This document shows positions 38,604 through 47,340 of a stretch of 64,000 nucleotides of DNA, piece by piece. The stretch lies in the sequence record MW250786. The stretch is one strand, 5' to 3'. A model generated the notes under the pieces. It did no database searches. It had not been told where the DNA came from and worked only from the letters and a program-made list of their open reading frames with translations. Each line of letters starts with the position of its first letter. Position 1 is the stretch's first letter. This DNA is from Escherichia phage UPEC06. The position numbers were made by a program, and so were the translations under genes.

Positions 38604-39320
38604 TTATTTGTTGTATTGATAAATTGCTTCAGCCAAGCCCCGTGGGGTTAATGACCGGATCATCTTAGTTCTTGCTGACTTACCCCCCAACTTATTCTGC
38701 TGATCTGACCAACCAGGTGCAACAGGAACCGGAGAGGTTTTTGGAATTATAAACCCATTCCCTGTCCAAAGTCCAGTCTTTTTAGGATAAGCATCCCGTG
38801 GTTTAATGTACTGAGGAAAATAAGGGTTAACATCATTTACCGGAAGATAACCACCATATTCCCAAGGGTTGAAATATACCGTAGGCTTTCGCCATTGTCC
38901 AGCTAAAACACTAACGGGGTTCTCGATCATGTAAGGACAATCAAAAACAAATTCCGCAAGCCAAGCTGCAATCTTTGCAGTTCTTACCGCCTTGATCTGG
39001 AAGAAAGGATCTTTTGCTTTCTTTGATGCAAAGTGACGCGAACCACTGACAGCCATATCAGTACATGGAGGGTAGGCAAGGATCAGGTCCGGTGATGGCA
39101 ATCCTAAGTTCTCTACATTTTCCATCCATTCAATATCGATAAAAGCGTTAACGTAAGTGATGTTGGGATGAATTTCCTTTACACCTTCATAATCCCCGTG
39201 ATCAGCATCGTCATAGTTGAAGCAGTAGCATTTGTGCCCTGCCTTCGCCCAGGGAAGAACATCAATCCCTGAACCAGAAAAGAGACTCCAGATAATCTTT
39301 TTATTCATCGTAGCATCCAA
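38604..39320 (-). CDS. C5-cytosine DNA methyltransferase-like catalytic-domain protein (short, no obvious target-recognition domain)
   Basis: Motif I-like LFSGSG, motif IV-like PPC, motif VI-like IENP, QWRK; only 238 aa. Confidence 0.4.
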   Translation of the reverse strand: MDATMNKKIIWSLFSGSGIDVLPWAKAGHKCYCFNYDDADHGDYEGVKEIHPNITYVNAFIDIEWMENVENLGLPSPDLILAYPPCTDMAVSGSRHFASKKAKDPFFQIKAVRTAKIAAWLAEFVFDCPYMIENPVSVLAGQWRKPTVYFNPWEYGGYLPVNDVNPYFPQYIKPRDAYPKKTGLWTGNGFIIPKTSPVPVAPGWSDQQNKLGGKSARTKMIRSLTPRGLAEAIYQYNK

Positions 39321-39613
39321 ATAGTGGTTAATTTACAAATACACCAGAAAAGTCCGATCAGTGTAGCTAAAGTAATAACACAAGTCAATGCTATAGGTAA
39401 GAATATCGTCATAATCACTGCAAAGACTGAAATACCTATGCTTGCAATAAGATCCGGCACGAAATAGTGAAATGGATCTCTTGCCTTTTTAATGTTGTCC
39501 CATGTTATTACTACGGAGCTAAGGACGAGCCAGAATAAAAAGTACAAAATGCAAGGAAATAAAGTCATGTGTGACTTAACCATATCAAACCACATGTTGT
39601 AGAATTCAATCAT
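39305..39613 (-). CDS. small membrane protein
   Basis: Three hydrophobic segments. Confidence 0.4.
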   Translation of the reverse strand: MIEFYNMWFDMVKSHMTLFPCILYFLFWLVLSSVVITWDNIKKARDPFHYFVPDLIASIGISVFAVIMTIFLPIALTCVITLATLIGLFWCICKLTTIWMLR

Positions 39614-39933
39614 TCAGTTTTCCTCGGTACAGATGCAATAACAGCCTTTTCGACGAGATATACAATAAATCTCCCAATCCCTGCCAAAAGGAGAGCAAAG
39701 ACTGTAAAAGGCAACCCATAAATAAGAACCAAAATCATCAATCCAAAACAAGCGGAAAACAGGACTTCTGTGCCCAGCCACATCTTGGAGTAATTGATAT
39801 AATTATGCCGCAATTTTAAAAACAGTCCAGCAATAGAACCTACAGAAAATATACCAATCAACCAAGGTGCGGTTACAAATTGACGGCTAAACGCCTCCCA
39901 AAAAACAAAAACATTAATGATTGCTTCGATCAT
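39610..39933 (-). CDS. small membrane protein
   Basis: Hydrophobic throughout. Confidence 0.4.
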   Translation of the reverse strand: MIEAIINVFVFWEAFSRQFVTAPWLIGIFSVGSIAGLFLKLRHNYINYSKMWLGTEVLFSACFGLMILVLIYGLPFTVFALLLAGIGRFIVYLVEKAVIASVPRKTE

Positions 39934-40184
39934 AAACCATACCTCACTTCATATAAGAATTCATCAAGATCTTTACTGTCGTCTGAACCTTCTACTGTCA
40001 GTGGCATCAGATGTTCTTTAAGATAATAGCAAAGATTGCCGGAACTTGTTTCTACTAAACATGTTGTTTTGCAAACCATTTTAACCCTTACCGATAGTCC
40101 GGCATCTTCATGGCTGTGGACCATTGCAAGGCAACCATCGTAAAGCTTATCCTCATAAGGTAAGCAAGGATCTGGATTTTTCAT
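39930..40184 (-). CDS. hypothetical small protein
   Basis: ORF in operon. Confidence 0.35.
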   Translation of the reverse strand: MKNPDPCLPYEDKLYDGCLAMVHSHEDAGLSVRVKMVCKTTCLVETSSGNLCYYLKEHLMPLTVEGSDDSKDLDEFLYEVRYGL

Positions 40185-40585
40185 TGGGAACCTTCCTCCT
40201 CTGCATATGCAATCTTAGTCATGTATTCAATACATTCACACTGGACATTGTGGCTATTAAAAACAGCCTTGTCGTTGTAAATAACTTGCCAATAGTCAAT
40301 GCTTTCAATTTCGGAAAGGTATGCAACACACTCCCCTTTTGGATTAATAAGTTCAACTCGATCAGTTTCTCGTAATTTCCAACCAGTAGGCAACTGAACA
40401 GCTTGTTCCTTAAAAATCATAATATCGTCACGGTGACCAGTAAATCTTTTAAATGCTCGCAGTAATTCTTTGTATTCACGATACTTCACATAGAGGCCAT
40501 CCTCTGATTTTTCCATACGGGCTTCATTGATATTGCAATTACCATCCATATCCCCAACAAGGTCATAACGATATACAGGTTTCAT
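40181..40585 (-). CDS. hypothetical protein
   Basis: ORF in operon. Confidence 0.4.
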   Translation of the reverse strand: MKPVYRYDLVGDMDGNCNINEARMEKSEDGLYVKYREYKELLRAFKRFTGHRDDIMIFKEQAVQLPTGWKLRETDRVELINPKGECVAYLSEIESIDYWQVIYNDKAVFNSHNVQCECIEYMTKIAYAEEEGSQ

Positions 40586-40794
40586 TTTTTAACTTTCTCC
40601 TTTTTCTCAGGTTTTACATCGCAAACTTTTTGTTGGTAACTGATCGGTGTTACATAGCGCCACGTCTTTTTAAGGTTCTCAACGAGGATTCTCATTTGTT
40701 CCTCATCAGCACCCCAGCCTGCGGTATGTGCTATTTCATCAACACTCATTTGGCATTTAACATACCATCTTGTAACTGTCTTCGATTGTATCAT
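40582..40794 (-). CDS. hypothetical small protein
   Basis: ORF in operon. Confidence 0.35.
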   Translation of the reverse strand: MIQSKTVTRWYVKCQMSVDEIAHTAGWGADEEQMRILVENLKKTWRYVTPISYQQKVCDVKPEKKEKVKK

Positions 40795-40820
40795 TAGTGT
40801 TTCCTTGAGGTCAAGAAATT

Positions 40821-41117
40821 TTATTCAATACCGAGTTCTTTTGCACTGTAAATATCGTTACCTTCATAACCTTTGTAGTAGATCAGAATATCTTTGACAA
40901 TCTCTCCTGTCGGTCCGCTCCGGCGGGTACGTGGTCGTGGTGAGTTTACCAAATAAACTTCACGACGAGTATTTATTTTTGTTGTACGGTGACCTTCGAC
41001 GAAGGTCAATGTTGTATATGCAGGAACCTTGACAAGAACCTCTACCTGGTCACCAGCCGTATTCTGTTGTTCATTTGCCATATCGTCTTTAACAACAGTA
41101 ATCATAAGTTTGGTCAT
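40821..41117 (-). CDS. hypothetical protein
   Basis: ORF in operon. Confidence 0.4.
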   Translation of the reverse strand: MTKLMITVVKDDMANEQQNTAGDQVEVLVKVPAYTTLTFVEGHRTTKINTRREVYLVNSPRPRTRRSGPTGEIVKDILIYYKGYEGNDIYSAKELGIE

Positions 41118-41119
41118 TT

Positions 41120-41383
41120 TTATTCTCCCTTGTTCAATGTGGATACAAATTCGATATATGTTTCTGCATTTCGCTTATGGTAAATCCGAGGATAGCTGTC
41201 GGTTACTTTGCTGTATTTGATGTATCGCTCAAGCATACCGACAATGCCACCAATGGAATGCACAACAACGCCTTCTTCACCAACAAAGGTAACAACCTCT
41301 ACGAATGGACTATTGTCATAAGAGCGATTTACAATCAGGTCGCCGACTTCAAATTCGATTTTATCATTTTGTGAGTAGTGCAT
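41120..41383 (-). CDS. hypothetical small protein
   Basis: Start at 41383 with AAAGGAGAA; longer track ORF (to 41803) would overlap the helicase gene. Confidence 0.4.
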   Translation of the reverse strand: MHYSQNDKIEFEVGDLIVNRSYDNSPFVEVVTFVGEEGVVVHSIGGIVGMLERYIKYSKVTDSYPRIYHKRNAETYIEFVSTLNKGE

Positions 41384-41448
41384 TTGTTTCTCCTTTCTGT
41401 TTGGTATGGGAGAAGTATAGGGGAGTTTAGGAGGGGTGTCAATAGAAA

Positions 41449-41467
41449 AACCGCCCGAAGGCGGTTT
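41449..41467 (-). terminator. intrinsic terminator downstream of helicase exon
   Basis: On - strand: AACCGCC-TTCG-GGCGGTT followed by TTTTCTATT. Confidence 0.5.
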
Positions 41468-41477
41468 ATTTTTAGGA

Positions 41478-42602
41478 TCAGAAAGGCGCGTCATCGTCCC
41501 AATCATCCGGCTCTGTGTCCGGCACATCAGGAATATCACCTGCGGATTCAACGATACTTTGTTGCTCCCATGTAGGTTCTTCTGAAGGTTGTTCCATTTC
41601 TTCCATAACCTTCTTGATCTCTTCCTCTTGCTCACGCAGGAAGTTATCATCCGGCTCAGGAATATCTTCCTCTTTAATATCTGAACGAGTGAGATCACTG
41701 TTTTGTTCAGACAGAGGTTGAATCTCTGCTGCCTTAGGCTTGAAGTCTGGAGAACGATGATCATCTTCTGGATGAGCGGCATACCACTCACGAAGAGTTT
41801 CATAAGGACTCTCTAAGAAGCCCTCTGGCGGTTCCAGATAATCACCCGTGTCAATGTCATAGAACACAGGGAATTTACCAGCACGACCGTGTTTACGGTC
41901 ATCCAGAATAACAAAGTAAGAAGTGTTACGTTGTTTCATCGGGAGTTCTGGATCTTTGTTACGTTCAATACCCCACATATAATAAGTGTTTCGCATCATT
42001 GCACGACTGCCAGCAAACTGCGCTGACTGGACTTGACCACCAAATTCATGAGGCTTGCCAGATTCAGGCTTATTAAGGTGACAGAAGCAATAATAAGTAA
42101 AGCCAAGTTCTTTTGCCAGCTTAGAGATCTCATCCGAGAATCGTTCCAGTTCCTGGTTAGCTTCGGAAGCACTCATACCTTGCACAAGACGAGTGATCGG
42201 GTCAATAAAGATATCTTCACAACCTTCTACAATCACTGCGTGACGGATAGCACCTTTCAGTTCATCCCATACTGCACGACCATAGTTGTTATAATAGATG
42301 ACACTATCACCAACCTCATCTGTAGCTTTGATCAGTTCTTCTTGCTTAAAGTAGCCACGTTGCCCTTCAAATACTTCATTACCCCAAATGTCACGGAAAG
42401 TTCCATCTTCTTGAGGAATCATTACCTTTTCTGCGTTAACAAAGTCTTTATGATAACGCTTACCTGCGATCTTTTTACAGGTAATTTCGTTCTCTTCTTC
42501 AAACTTAAACACCGCAGCTTTTGACTTCTCAATACCCGTGATGTGTTCAACCATTTGGTTAAGAAGTTCAGACTTGCCCATTTTCACCGTTATGTTCAGC
42601 AA
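41478..42602 (-). CDS. T7 gp4-like (DnaB-family) helicase, C-terminal part beginning inside Walker A (putative exon 2)
   Basis: Begins ...VKMGKSELL; CFCHLNKPESGKPHEFGG resembles the T7 gp4 helicase motif as recalled; acidic tail ending DDWDDDAPF. Confidence 0.7.
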   Translation of the reverse strand: MLNITVKMGKSELLNQMVEHITGIEKSKAAVFKFEEENEITCKKIAGKRYHKDFVNAEKVMIPQEDGTFRDIWGNEVFEGQRGYFKQEELIKATDEVGDSVIYYNNYGRAVWDELKGAIRHAVIVEGCEDIFIDPITRLVQGMSASEANQELERFSDEISKLAKELGFTYYCFCHLNKPESGKPHEFGGQVQSAQFAGSRAMMRNTYYMWGIERNKDPELPMKQRNTSYFVILDDRKHGRAGKFPVFYDIDTGDYLEPPEGFLESPYETLREWYAAHPEDDHRSPDFKPKAAEIQPLSEQNSDLTRSDIKEEDIPEPDDNFLREQEEEIKKVMEEMEQPSEEPTWEQQSIVESAGDIPDVPDTEPDDWDDDAPF

Positions 42603-43340
42603 GGTTCGCTACTCCTTGCCCGTTCTCTAAGAACTGCTACATGTCCCCATGCAGACCAGACTATATCTTCAACCCGTAAAACAGGTGCTATGCACTTCGA
42701 GCCGCTTGGCCCTACTCTACTCGGTTCAAGAGCTTTGCTCTTGCCTTTCGATAGTCGTTGCTCCTTCCTCTCAACCGCTTTGTAATCTCTCGAACTGTAT
42801 CGCGATGAATACCAAAATATTGTGCAATTTCTTTCTGAAGCATGGTTGTTTTAATGACCATATCATAAACTTCTTTTTCGAAATCATCATCGAATCGGTT
42901 TGGGTTTCTTCTTCCCGCTTTCCAACCGTGATCAACATTTTGCTTTGTAGTCATCCATTCTAGATTACTATCTGCGTTATTTTTCCTGTCTCTATCTTTA
43001 TGATTAACGACAGGTAGATTATAAGGATTTTCTACATAATGTTCAGCCACAAGTTGATGTATAAATCTCCTAGTGACCTTACCATTCTTACTTAATGAAA
43101 CTCTTAGATACCCTGCACTATTCGTGTCTGGCTTTAGTTTCTTAAGTTTTCGGTACACATCTCCGCGTCTGGTAATTATGTATTGTTCAAAACCCTTTAT
43201 TCTTTTCATTTCAACCTCCCTTTTAATGATAACAAAGAGGTTGAGAGGCTTGGATCAGGATTATCTGTTCTAGACTTCCCCTGAATTCACATAGTATTTA
43301 GTCGAGGCATTACTGCCAAGGCTGGCTAGACTTAATGTTT
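42585..43340 (-). mobile_element. putative group I intron carrying an HNH homing endonuclease ORF
   Basis: ~756 nt between Walker A halves; R-like CAACGACTAT (plus 42751-42760) and S-like AAGATATAGTC (plus 42659-42669) on the - strand; U before proposed 5' splice site and G before 3' splice site; boundaries +/- 3 nt. Confidence 0.6.
42712..43209 (-). CDS. HNH homing endonuclease
   Basis: GYLRVSL...HQLVAEHYVENP...VVNHKDRDRKNNADSNLEW motif set. Confidence 0.8.
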   Translation of the reverse strand: MKRIKGFEQYIITRRGDVYRKLKKLKPDTNSAGYLRVSLSKNGKVTRRFIHQLVAEHYVENPYNLPVVNHKDRDRKNNADSNLEWMTTKQNVDHGWKAGRRNPNRFDDDFEKEVYDMVIKTTMLQKEIAQYFGIHRDTVREITKRLRGRSNDYRKARAKLLNRVE

Positions 43341-44276
43341 ACCAGCACCGATGAAGTAACCTTCACCTGGACGACGACCCAAGGTAAGCTTGGTCATGGT
43401 GGGCCAAGGGAACTTCTTGCCGAGTTTAGGGATCTCATGTGCCTTTTCGCGGAACTGTGAATAAGTCGAGAAACCATCAGGCACATATTCTTTTGGCTTC
43501 ATTGCAGCCCAAAACAACTGATCAGAAAGACCTTTGTTATACATATCGCAAGGGTCCATATCTTCTGGAATATCCACGACCTTCATTTGTGGAATTACAG
43601 AGTATACCGCTGCAACTGCATCTTTACCTTTCATGATCCCTTTGGCCTTCTCTGCTTCTGTCGCACGGTCAGCATCGAAAGCTACGATAATCTCTTCAAA
43701 CTTACTCAGAAGCTTATAGTTATTCTTCTGTGATAAGTTTTGCACGGCATTTGATGTACCGTTAGAGATAGATACAACTGTGAAGTTTGGTTTACGGGTG
43801 GAACCATCCTTCGGTTTGTACTTCTCTGTCAATACCTGCCACAAGATTGCAGCATCGTATTCACCTTCAGTGATAAAGATCATACGTTTGGAAGACTTAT
43901 TTGCACCTTCCAGCCCAAACATATCACAAGCCACAGATTGGAAACCAATAGTTGTAAAGTGACCTTTCTGTTGCTTAGGGATCGTAAGATCACGCTTCTT
44001 AAAACCTACAACCTTACCTTCCAATGTGTACGGAAAATAATGCGCCTCTGGTGTCATACCGTCTTTAGCTGACAACTTGGTACGAATACCAAATCGTTTA
44101 GCTGTCTTTTCGTCGATACCACGCTCAGGGATACTTTTACACGGATAAGTCAATACGTCTTCAACTGTTTCTTCCACACGAGACACACCACCACCATAAT
44201 TACGTGCTACTGAAGCTTTAGGATTTTTATGTCCAAACTTATAACCGCCAAACAGACTTTCGCCAATAGTGCTCAT
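43332..44276 (-). CDS. DNA primase (TOPRIM) fused to N-terminal start of helicase domain (putative exon 1 ends ~43341)
   Basis: TOPRIM motifs IFITEGEYDA and FDADRA; C-terminus TLGRRPGEGYFIGAG is the first half of a Walker A segment, then KH-stop. Confidence 0.7.
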   Translation of the reverse strand: MSTIGESLFGGYKFGHKNPKASVARNYGGGVSRVEETVEDVLTYPCKSIPERGIDEKTAKRFGIRTKLSAKDGMTPEAHYFPYTLEGKVVGFKKRDLTIPKQQKGHFTTIGFQSVACDMFGLEGANKSSKRMIFITEGEYDAAILWQVLTEKYKPKDGSTRKPNFTVVSISNGTSNAVQNLSQKNNYKLLSKFEEIIVAFDADRATEAEKAKGIMKGKDAVAAVYSVIPQMKVVDIPEDMDPCDMYNKGLSDQLFWAAMKPKEYVPDGFSTYSQFREKAHEIPKLGKKFPWPTMTKLTLGRRPGEGYFIGAGKH

Positions 44277-44433
44277 TACTGCTCCTTGATCATTGTCGCC
44301 AAATAAATAGTGTTACCGTTTGAATTAATACCTGTTGTTACAGGACCAATCAATTTATAACCGTAATCGTAATGCTTCAGTATAAATTTTTGAAGAGCCA
44401 ATAGATTTGTATATGATAAGATCTTAACGTCCA

Positions 44434-44709
44434 TCAAAAACCTCCAGTTTCTTCATTAAATGCCTGACGTACTTGTGCATCACGGACACGTTCTTCAATA
44501 CAACGATACACTACTTCATAAGGGATATCAAGAGCAATTTCTTCACCATCTTCATAAACAGTGATTGAAAAAATATCTAAGTAATCTTCGGCATCCCAAT
44601 CTGACTCCGCATTTGGAATACCTTTGTACATAACAACCTCTGCTTCAACAACTACCTCTTTACCGATTGCCTTATGAAAATGTGTGAATTCGAAGTTTAC
44701 TGTACGCAT
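44434..44709 (-). CDS. hypothetical small protein
   Basis: ORF upstream of primase. Confidence 0.4.
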   Translation of the reverse strand: MRTVNFEFTHFHKAIGKEVVVEAEVVMYKGIPNAESDWDAEDYLDIFSITVYEDGEEIALDIPYEVVYRCIEERVRDAQVRQAFNEETGGF

Positions 44710-44745
44710 TTTATTTTCTCCTGATAATTTATATTTATTTACTGC

Positions 44746-44937
44746 TTACTTTTTGGAAATGATATGTTCTTCACGAACTTGAAGCTTAGTGCCATCTTTC
44801 ATCTCGACAAGGTAGGCATTGCAAAGAATGTATTCTTGCAGCATCAAGATCTTACCATCACCTTTCTTACCGTACTTTTCGCCAATCTGATCGAAGCTTA
44901 CATCATCATTGATTGCGTATTTGAACACATTATTCAT
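44746..44937 (-). CDS. hypothetical small protein
   Basis: ORF in operon. Confidence 0.35.
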   Translation of the reverse strand: MNNVFKYAINDDVSFDQIGEKYGKKGDGKILMLQEYILCNAYLVEMKDGTKLQVREEHIISKK

Positions 44938-45302
44938 GCGTATTCAACCTCACTGATCATTTCAAAACCATCATTTTGGATCAGTGTTTTAACAAAGCCG
45001 ATATTACCTTCTTCTATGTTTCTGTGCAACCACATATAGCCTTCAGCACAATAAACATTGACACCATAGCCAAGTTTAGCTGCTCGTTCAAAATCACCGT
45101 TTTCTTTCTTAACTAAACAACGAACCATCTTTTTCATCAGTCTTTCCCCCTTGTGTTCAGGAACAACGTGTTTATTGATTACTTTAACAATACGTTCCCG
45201 TAATTGTTGTGTATGACCATATTTTGAAAAAGTCTCCATGATCTCACCAATATGCTTACTGAATAGGTGAGGTGGGATTTTTAACTTTCCAAGTTGATCC
45301 AT
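44934..45302 (-). CDS. hypothetical protein
   Basis: Start at 45302 with GAGGAA preferred over track start 45365. Confidence 0.4.
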   Translation of the reverse strand: MDQLGKLKIPPHLFSKHIGEIMETFSKYGHTQQLRERIVKVINKHVVPEHKGERLMKKMVRCLVKKENGDFERAAKLGYGVNVYCAEGYMWLHRNIEEGNIGFVKTLIQNDGFEMISEVEYA

Positions 45303-45303
45303 A

Positions 45304-45528
45304 TCATTCCTCAATAATCTCAAGTTTACCGTTGATAGTGTACAACGTAGTTGCTTTATCTTCAATGGCTTTTAAAGCCTGAATGACAGAATCATAAAAC
45401 TGTTCAGATTCCTTAACTTCTTGTTTGCACTTCTGGATATGATCAGCACTAATGTCGCGAAGACTCAGCAGTTGTGCACGGTTCAGTACAGATAGGTCTA
45501 CAGAAAAATCATCAACTTTAAAACTCAT
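45304..45528 (-). CDS. hypothetical small protein
   Basis: ORF in operon. Confidence 0.35.
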   Translation of the reverse strand: MSFKVDDFSVDLSVLNRAQLLSLRDISADHIQKCKQEVKESEQFYDSVIQALKAIEDKATTLYTINGKLEIIEE

Positions 45529-45610
45529 CTATAATCTCCTTGTTTGTGTTCAGTTACTTTATCATTTTAAGATAAAGATGCAACAAGTTTATTGCATCTT
45601 TTTGAATTAT

Positions 45611-46969
45611 TTATTGATCCTTGAAGATACTGGGGAACTTCTCATGATAGAAGTTTACAACATCTTGGTCAACAATGATATCTTTTACTCGTAAGCGTTT
45701 CAAAAGGCGAAGACCTTCTACACTCGTGGCACGGGAGAGCATAACATATGCTTGACCAGGTGTGAAAGTACCAAAGCCGAGATCGATGTTTACCTTACCT
45801 AAAGTTAAACCTTGTGCCTTGTGACCAGTGATCGCATAGCCCAACTTGAATGGGTATTGAATGTATTCACCAATAGATTTATCAACAAGAACAGTCTTTT
45901 CAACCATCTTCTTGATCATCTTTTTAGTCCCGTCCGGCATATCAACCTCTTCCTCTTCAAGCATCATCTTTTTCTCAGGTACTTGAGCAACGTTGTTCCA
46001 TGTTGCAGGGCCAATTGGGACCATTTTACCATCAATATCTACAACAACGAAGGTTTTTGCGATACGACGAACAATACCAACTGTACCATTGACATAATCA
46101 GGGACTTTCTTCTTCTGATCATTATCGTTAACGACAATCATCACTTTAAGACCTTCCTTAAGGAAAAGTTTTTCATTGACTGGACGTTCAACAAATTCAC
46201 CAGTAATACGAGCATTGAACTCATGCTGTTCAGCATTAATCTTTGCATATTCTTTGTTGTTGATCTCTTCTGCCAGCTTGTTCGTGGTAGTTAAAGTTAC
46301 TGCCCCGTCAAGTGGACGACCAAAGCAACGCTGGTTAAAGAAGTTAACGGCATCAGGGATGTTTTTCCCGATACGAATATTGTTCAGGTGTTCTGCAAAC
46401 ACTGGATCACTTTGGCGATGAACTTTAGGGAGATAAGCATAGGTCAGATTCAAAGATTCCCAAGTTTCGCACCCAAAAGGAATTTCTTTCCCGTGCAGTT
46501 CACGGAACAAAGGAACCTCTTCTTTCTTAAGTACAGGCTTGATCTGGAAACCGTCACCAAACATGATGATCTGGAGTCCACCAAAAGGCTTATCGGATTT
46601 ACGATGGTGGCGAAGTTTCATATCGATTTCTTTCAGTTTGTCACTTCGAGTCATGCCGATCTCATCAAACACGATACCATCGAGTGCATCAGATGCCATA
46701 AGCATAGCTGCCTTTTTAGATTTTGCCTTATAATCCTCAGATGTTGTAACCCCAAATGTCAAACCAAAGGCTTTGTGGGTGGTAACACCACGAATGTTTA
46801 ATGATGCTACACCTGTTGGTCCAACGAACAAGAAACTATCGGCAAAGAAATCACGAAGTGCTGCGATCATCATACTTTTGCCACTACCACCAGGTCCAGT
46901 GATAAAAACGTTTTCACCATTCATGATTGCTTGCATCGCTGCTTCGTTACCGATCACTGTCTTAGTCAT
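45611..46969 (-). CDS. Dda/RecD-like SF1 DNA helicase
   Basis: Walker A GPGGSGKS, Walker B IVFDEIGM, C-terminal TGHKAQGLT. Confidence 0.8.
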   Translation of the reverse strand: MTKTVIGNEAAMQAIMNGENVFITGPGGSGKSMMIAALRDFFADSFLFVGPTGVASLNIRGVTTHKAFGLTFGVTTSEDYKAKSKKAAMLMASDALDGIVFDEIGMTRSDKLKEIDMKLRHHRKSDKPFGGLQIIMFGDGFQIKPVLKKEEVPLFRELHGKEIPFGCETWESLNLTYAYLPKVHRQSDPVFAEHLNNIRIGKNIPDAVNFFNQRCFGRPLDGAVTLTTTNKLAEEINNKEYAKINAEQHEFNARITGEFVERPVNEKLFLKEGLKVMIVVNDNDQKKKVPDYVNGTVGIVRRIAKTFVVVDIDGKMVPIGPATWNNVAQVPEKKMMLEEEEVDMPDGTKKMIKKMVEKTVLVDKSIGEYIQYPFKLGYAITGHKAQGLTLGKVNIDLGFGTFTPGQAYVMLSRATSVEGLRLLKRLRVKDIIVDQDVVNFYHEKFPSIFKDQ

Positions 46970-47159
46970 TATTTAGTTCCTCATATTCATATGGGTAGAG
47001 TAGATATCCTTTGTTGTCTTTTAGTGCTACAGCTATAACACTCTCAAGGTAAAAATCATCGTCATAGTGCATTTCTTCAATTACAAGAATATCACCTTTC
47101 TTTGGATGATCATCGCGATCACTGAAATCATTTAGTAGTTTTATTTTTACGTTTTTCAT
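46962..47159 (-). CDS. hypothetical small protein
   Basis: ORF in operon. Confidence 0.35.
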   Translation of the reverse strand: MKNVKIKLLNDFSDRDDHPKKGDILVIEEMHYDDDFYLESVIAVALKDNKGYLLYPYEYEELNND

Positions 47160-47340
47160 ATAACATCTCCGCTGCTACAAGGGATAAGATCATTGCCATA
47201 TACATTACAATGGAAGTCACACTGATCTGAATGAAAACCTCATCGGTTACATGATCAAAGTAAGCATTCTTTACATATCTTACGCCCACGAGCCAAAATA
47301 CCATTACTACAGCAAATGTCAGTATCATACGTTTTATCAT
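47128..47340 (-). CDS. small two-TM membrane protein (holin-like candidate)
   Basis: Two hydrophobic segments, 70 aa, directly after hydrolase gene. Confidence 0.4.
   Translation of the reverse strand: MIKRMILTFAVVMVFWLVGVRYVKNAYFDHVTDEVFIQISVTSIVMYMAMILSLVAAEMLYEKRKNKTTK

Noticed and set aside
41120-41803. 227-aa track ORF overlapping the 3' end of the helicase gene
   Set aside because: Upstream two-thirds overlaps the helicase coding sequence in another frame; trimmed to 41120..41383, where a strong RBS precedes an internal ATG.
43297-43303. GACTAAA near the 5' end of the insert as the group I intron R element
   Set aside because: Only ~37 nt from the proposed 5' splice site, too close to accommodate P1-P6; the CAACGACTAT element at 42751-42760 is better placed relative to the S element.
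42603-43331. Intein interpretation of the primase-helicase interruption
   Set aside because: The HNH ORF is out of frame with both flanking coding segments and is bounded by stop codons and non-coding sequence; intron R/S-like elements are present instead.
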